Virus record (IMG/VR): IMGVR_UViG_3300043028_000007
Location: 67,899-131,898 of that record
Length of the DNA: 64,000 nucleotides
Strand: one strand, 5' to 3'
From: a virus
Shown: piece by piece, positions 60,682 through 64,000 of the stretch
Numbering within the stretch: position 1 is the first letter of the stretch
Layout: the number at the start of each line of letters is the position of its first letter
Program-made: the position numbers and the translations under genes
The notes under the pieces: model-generated
Told to the model about the DNA's origin: nothing
The model's input: only the letters and a program-made list of their open reading frames with translations
Databases searched by the model: none

Positions 60682-61311
60682 TTAGTTAATCATTAGGTTA
60701 TTTTTAGTATATGAAAGAGCTTTTTGGAAAAGTTCTTTTAACCCAGTGTAGGCATCGATAGAGTAGGTAGTAAAATAAGTTTCATTATCCCCGAGTATTG
60801 CTTCTATGCTGTAGTATGTTGTTGTCGTTATGTCTACTATGATTCTGCTCATAAAACAAGCAAGATCCATAGGTAGGTTATTTGAGTCATGTTGGGAAAT
60901 TGTAGCTTGTCTAATATCCTCTAATAGATTATATATATCCGGGTAATCTCTATGTAGTTCGGATAGTACGTGACTTATAATTTGTCTGTAGGCATATTCT
61001 GGTATAAATTTACACATCGTATGTGAGAATATATCAAGGAAAAACAAGGTAGCTACAGGAGTAAATTCTTGGTCTTTAAAGTTTGGAGAATAATATTCTT
61101 TATCCAAATCATTATGTATCTTATCCAATATAGTCTTAGCTATAGACCAAGTCATTTCTCTTATATCCACATTTTCATAAGAAGACGATATTGGCTTTAT
61201 TCTGATGCTCAATGCTATTAATTTTGAGCTCAGTATTTGTAATATATTAGAATACAATTCATTAAATACCAATACGTATGATTTTCCAAATTTTTCTCTT
61301 TCAATTGCCAT
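60682..61311 (-). CDS. hypothetical protein
   Basis: 209 aa with an AGGAG RBS, first gene after an early promoter. Confidence 0.75.
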   Translation of the reverse strand: MAIEREKFGKSYVLVFNELYSNILQILSSKLIALSIRIKPISSSYENVDIREMTWSIAKTILDKIHNDLDKEYYSPNFKDQEFTPVATLFFLDIFSHTMCKFIPEYAYRQIISHVLSELHRDYPDIYNLLEDIRQATISQHDSNNLPMDLACFMSRIIVDITTTTYYSIEAILGDNETYFTTYSIDAYTGLKELFQKALSYTKNNLMIN

Positions 61312-61359
61312 TGTGTCGACTCCTTTATATTTATTAGGTTTAATATTCTTTTTCTATTT

Positions 61360-61377
61360 AGTAATATATAGTTAAAA
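61360..61377 (-). promoter_or_regulatory. phiKZ-type early promoter
   Basis: TTTTAACTATATATTACT on the minus strand. Confidence 0.7.
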
Positions 61378-61397
61378 TTATAAAGAAAAAAAAAATA

Positions 61398-61424
61398 AAG
61401 TAAGTGGCTATTAGCCACTTACTT
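61398..61424 (-). terminator. intrinsic terminator
   Basis: AAGTAAGTGGCTA-t-TAGCCACTTACTT plus a long T-run. Confidence 0.8.
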
Positions 61425-61427
61425 CTT

Positions 61428-61721
61428 TTATATCTTAGCAGCCCAGTATATTGTATCGCATAATTGAGCTGCTTCTTTGATATCCCAGATATGATCATTT
61501 GGGATATCTTCAGTAGGAAGAGGAAAGTACTCCTCTTCTACCTGTACTCCTGGCCATCCATAATTGGCCAGGAGTATACCTTCTTTATTATCAGAGACCA
61601 TTCTCACTATAGTCCCGTGAAAACGATCTCTGAAAAGCTGACGGTTTTTGAGAGCTATATGGTTCCTATGGCAGATGGCCCTCACTTCAAGATCTACCAT
61701 AATGTCATTGTACTTATTCAT
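61428..61721 (-). CDS. hypothetical early protein
   Basis: 97 aa with an AGGAG RBS, overlapping the upstream gene. Confidence 0.7.
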   Translation of the reverse strand: MNKYNDIMVDLEVRAICHRNHIALKNRQLFRDRFHGTIVRMVSDNKEGILLANYGWPGVQVEEEYFPLPTEDIPNDHIWDIKEAAQLCDTIYWAAKI

Positions 61722-62274
61722 CTTTTCTCCTTTCTTTTATCAAGTCCCATACTTGATAAAAGTCTACATCGAGCTCCGGTAATCCAGAGCTCTGGAACTC
61801 TGGGTGCTCGATGTAAGTACACCAATTATCCTCTGCCCAGAGGATCATTTCCCTGAGCAATTCTAGTTGATCTAGAGAAAGCGAGGATAAACTTTCTCTA
61901 GCTTTATTATCAGAGGCATTGTGTAATTCTTCTGCCTCTTTCATTTCAGCTTCGTATCTCTCAACGATCGGAGTACAAAGCTCAAGAACCTCTTCATGTG
62001 TTAATCTGAAGAGGTTCTTTAGATTGTCTCCTATAGCTGGTATATAATATTCCAGAGATATATACCAGCTATAGGTCTTGATCGCTTCTTCCATGTTACC
62101 ATCTTTGAATGAGGAAGCGATCATTTCCATCATTCTTAGATTATTATCTGTTAAGTCTTTCAGACGATCTATTTGTTCCCATTTCTGATCGTCTGAAAGA
62201 CCTTTGTGGTAAAAGCATCGGAGAAGGTCGTCGTACATATGACCTCCTCCGGAACCTGCGTGTATCCAACCCAT
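61714..62274 (-). CDS. hypothetical early protein
   Basis: 186 aa with an AGGAG RBS. Confidence 0.75.
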   Translation of the reverse strand: MGWIHAGSGGGHMYDDLLRCFYHKGLSDDQKWEQIDRLKDLTDNNLRMMEMIASSFKDGNMEEAIKTYSWYISLEYYIPAIGDNLKNLFRLTHEEVLELCTPIVERYEAEMKEAEELHNASDNKARESLSSLSLDQLELLREMILWAEDNWCTYIEHPEFQSSGLPELDVDFYQVWDLIKERRKDE

Positions 62275-62311
62275 GACAGACTCCTTGTCATGTTAATGTT
62301 CAAAAAATAAA

Positions 62312-62332
62312 GGGAGTCTGTAATAGACTCCC
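62312..62332 (-). terminator. intrinsic terminator
   Basis: GGGAGTCT-gtaat-AGACTCCC plus a T-run on the minus strand. Confidence 0.7.
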
Positions 62333-62430
62333 AAAACTTTTTCTGGATTTATTGGAGCATACCAGAACCAAGCCTGCTCTCCAGTGAACTTAGCGGCTAC
62401 CTAAGTTCCTTGTCCTCAGCACTAGACTAT

Positions 62431-62739
62431 CTACTGAACGAAACCAGGGACAGACATTACATGACCCTGTTCGTTTCTCTGGCAGTCAGGATGACCAGTA
62501 GCCGGAGCTACTACATCATCTCTAGAACCTGCTAGAGCAGATAGCACCATAGCCGATACGACATAACGTACGCCAGGCTGAGGTTCGGGAAGATTTTGAA
62601 CTTCTCCGAAAACCTGACGACATACGTCGTTATCGAACTCAGAGAACGATGCCTGTACTCTGGCAACTTGACCAGAAGCAGGTAGCTCTCTGCCGTCATT
62701 TAGACGTAGTGCATGAGGAGTAAGATTTACATAATCCAT
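62431..62739 (-). CDS. conserved hypothetical protein (NLTPH...LPEP...YVVS family)
   Basis: 102 aa with an AGGAGG RBS; motifs VNLTPH, PASG.VARV, LPEP..G..YVVS, R.DVVAP are typical of a widespread uncharacterised phage/bacterial family. Confidence 0.8.
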   Translation of the reverse strand: MDYVNLTPHALRLNDGRELPASGQVARVQASFSEFDNDVCRQVFGEVQNLPEPQPGVRYVVSAMVLSALAGSRDDVVAPATGHPDCQRNEQGHVMSVPGFVQ

Positions 62740-62754
62740 GTATGCAAATCCTCC

Positions 62755-63200
62755 TTATAATAAGTTAACTGAGTCTCTATGCTCAGCAATCCTCTCGAAG
62801 CGAGGCATAACTTATTAAATGAATAGGCGTAGCGGCTCTGCCCCACTCTTTCAGATAATGCGTTATCGATGATATTACTATCAGTCTTACCGATTATCCA
62901 CCTATCTATGGACCTTGAATTAACTTATGTACTCCGCGTCGGCCCCAGGACTGGTCTCTTCACCCCGTACCGATTTTGCGTCCATGGTTATCCTGCTCTG
63001 TCTATCCAGGCTTCAAGCAGTTCTTTTCCACTCCATGGAATGAGAGTCTCTATGTATGTCAATATTTGGACTCTGTCAGTTAGTATTTATAGTGCCAACT
63101 AATAGGGATCTCCGGTACTAGGTTCTATTATATATACATACAAATATCATAATAGTTCCCGAAGATATATTTGGTGGAATTTGACACTAATAGAATAAAC
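62755..63200 (-). ncRNA. candidate long structured non-coding RNA or 5' leader
   Basis: About 450 nt with no credible ORF between an early promoter and the next RBS. It is GC-richer than the genome and has many nested inverted repeats. The family was not recognised. Confidence 0.45.
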
Positions 63201-63206
63201 CATAAT

Positions 63207-63224
63207 AGTAATATATATTTAAAA
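63207..63224 (-). promoter_or_regulatory. phiKZ-type early promoter
   Basis: TTTTAAATATATATTACT, identical to the copy at 57980-57997. Confidence 0.75.
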
Positions 63225-63255
63225 TAATACGAAATACATCCAATACAAAAAATAA

Positions 63256-63280
63256 ACATATGCCCTTATTGGGCATATGT
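63256..63280 (-). terminator. intrinsic terminator
   Basis: ACATATGCCC-ttatt-GGGCATATGT plus a T-run. Confidence 0.75.
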
Positions 63281-63296
63281 AATATTCTTTATCTAT

Positions 63297-63908
63297 TTAA
63301 AACGGTATGTCATCGTCTGTACCCGATGGGCCGGCATCGTTTGGCGAGTTATTGTTCTTGTAATTGTTTTTATTATAATTACCTTTATTCTGCCATTTCT
63401 CTTTCTGCTTATTGAAAGATACAGTATCTTTAGATAGTCCTTCATTAATAGGTTTATGGTTTTTAATATACTCAATTAACCCAAGAGCTACTAGTCTGCT
63501 CTTTTCTTCCGGAGATAAATTATTTGGAGATTCGTCATATCCAAACATATCCAGTTTGAATGTTTCGAATTCGGATAAAGACATTCCCTGACAACCTATA
63601 TAGATAACTTTATCGTCGCCTTTACCAATTGTTAGACTTCTTTTATTTTTAAATTTCTTTTCTTTAAAATCCCAGTCTTGATAAATTAGACTTTTTCTAC
63701 TTCCCGGAGGAGCAGATACTACTTTTTCCAGAGCCTCAGTTAACCAAGTACTTGCACCAAGACCCAATGGGAATTTCCACATAGGACCATTGCTTGAAGA
63801 ACTATTGCTAAATACAACCAAATCGGAATTACCAAGAAAACTGCTCATGGTCATCGACATGCCTTTAGTGACACCATTTAATTTAAAAAGGTTATTTGTA
63901 TTAAACAT
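63297..63908 (-). CDS. putative single-stranded DNA-binding protein (SSB-type acidic tail)
   Basis: An Asn/Gly/Pro-rich linker ends in DDDIPF, the canonical bacterial SSB C-terminal peptide; the core is not recognisably bacterial SSB. Confidence 0.55.
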   Translation of the reverse strand: MFNTNNLFKLNGVTKGMSMTMSSFLGNSDLVVFSNSSSSNGPMWKFPLGLGASTWLTEALEKVVSAPPGSRKSLIYQDWDFKEKKFKNKRSLTIGKGDDKVIYIGCQGMSLSEFETFKLDMFGYDESPNNLSPEEKSRLVALGLIEYIKNHKPINEGLSKDTVSFNKQKEKWQNKGNYNKNNYKNNNSPNDAGPSGTDDDIPF

Positions 63909-64000
63909 ATTTTATCTCTCCTATTATTATTTGTATATATCATGGATATCCTTGGTATTTTTTTAATAAAATCTACCTTTAAGTAATATATCGTAAGGAA

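Noticed and set aside
62869-63102. 77-aa plus-strand ORF in the non-coding region
   Set aside because: No RBS, antisense to the early promoter, and atypical composition.
62930-63185. tmRNA-like ends (GGGGCCGA and TCCACCA on the minus strand) and a c-di-GMP-I-like GGACGCAAA
   Set aside because: The order and flanks do not form an acceptor stem or T-arm, no tag ORF was found, and the rest of the riboswitch consensus is missing. Kept only as an unclassified RNA candidate.
1-64000. Stop-codon reassignment, CRISPR arrays, tRNA genes, chimallin or PhuZ genes
   Set aside because: Long conserved genes are intact in the standard code and TAA, TAG and TGA all terminate genes. No regularly spaced repeats, cloverleafs or recognisable motifs for these were seen.

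Overview
This window is about 64 kb of AT-rich DNA from a phiKZ-like (Chimalliviridae-type) jumbo bacteriophage, with most genes on the minus strand. The left part is a virion module. It has a virion RNA polymerase beta subunit split by a group I intron (2974-4027) that carries an HNH-AP2 homing endonuclease plus a deleted remnant of a second ORF. It also has gp182- and gp181-like tail proteins (the latter with a C-terminal muramidase-like domain), a beta' subunit with the DxDGD motif, and three paralogous tail-fibre-like genes, two of them stuffed with long Kelch-repeat arrays. The right part is the conserved non-virion RNAP block: sigma-like gp68, gp69/gp70-like genes, beta and beta' C-terminal subunits, and an SF2 helicase with a mini-intein in Walker A. 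Near it are an extein-less tandem intein-like ORF, a probable truncated paralog of the sigma-like subunit, a GC-richer early-gene patch with a roughly 450-nt densely base-paired non-coding region, and an SSB-like gene ending in DDDIPF. TATATTAC early-promoter motifs and long palindromic hairpins punctuate the window. All homology calls were made by eye from motifs and synteny; no searches were run.
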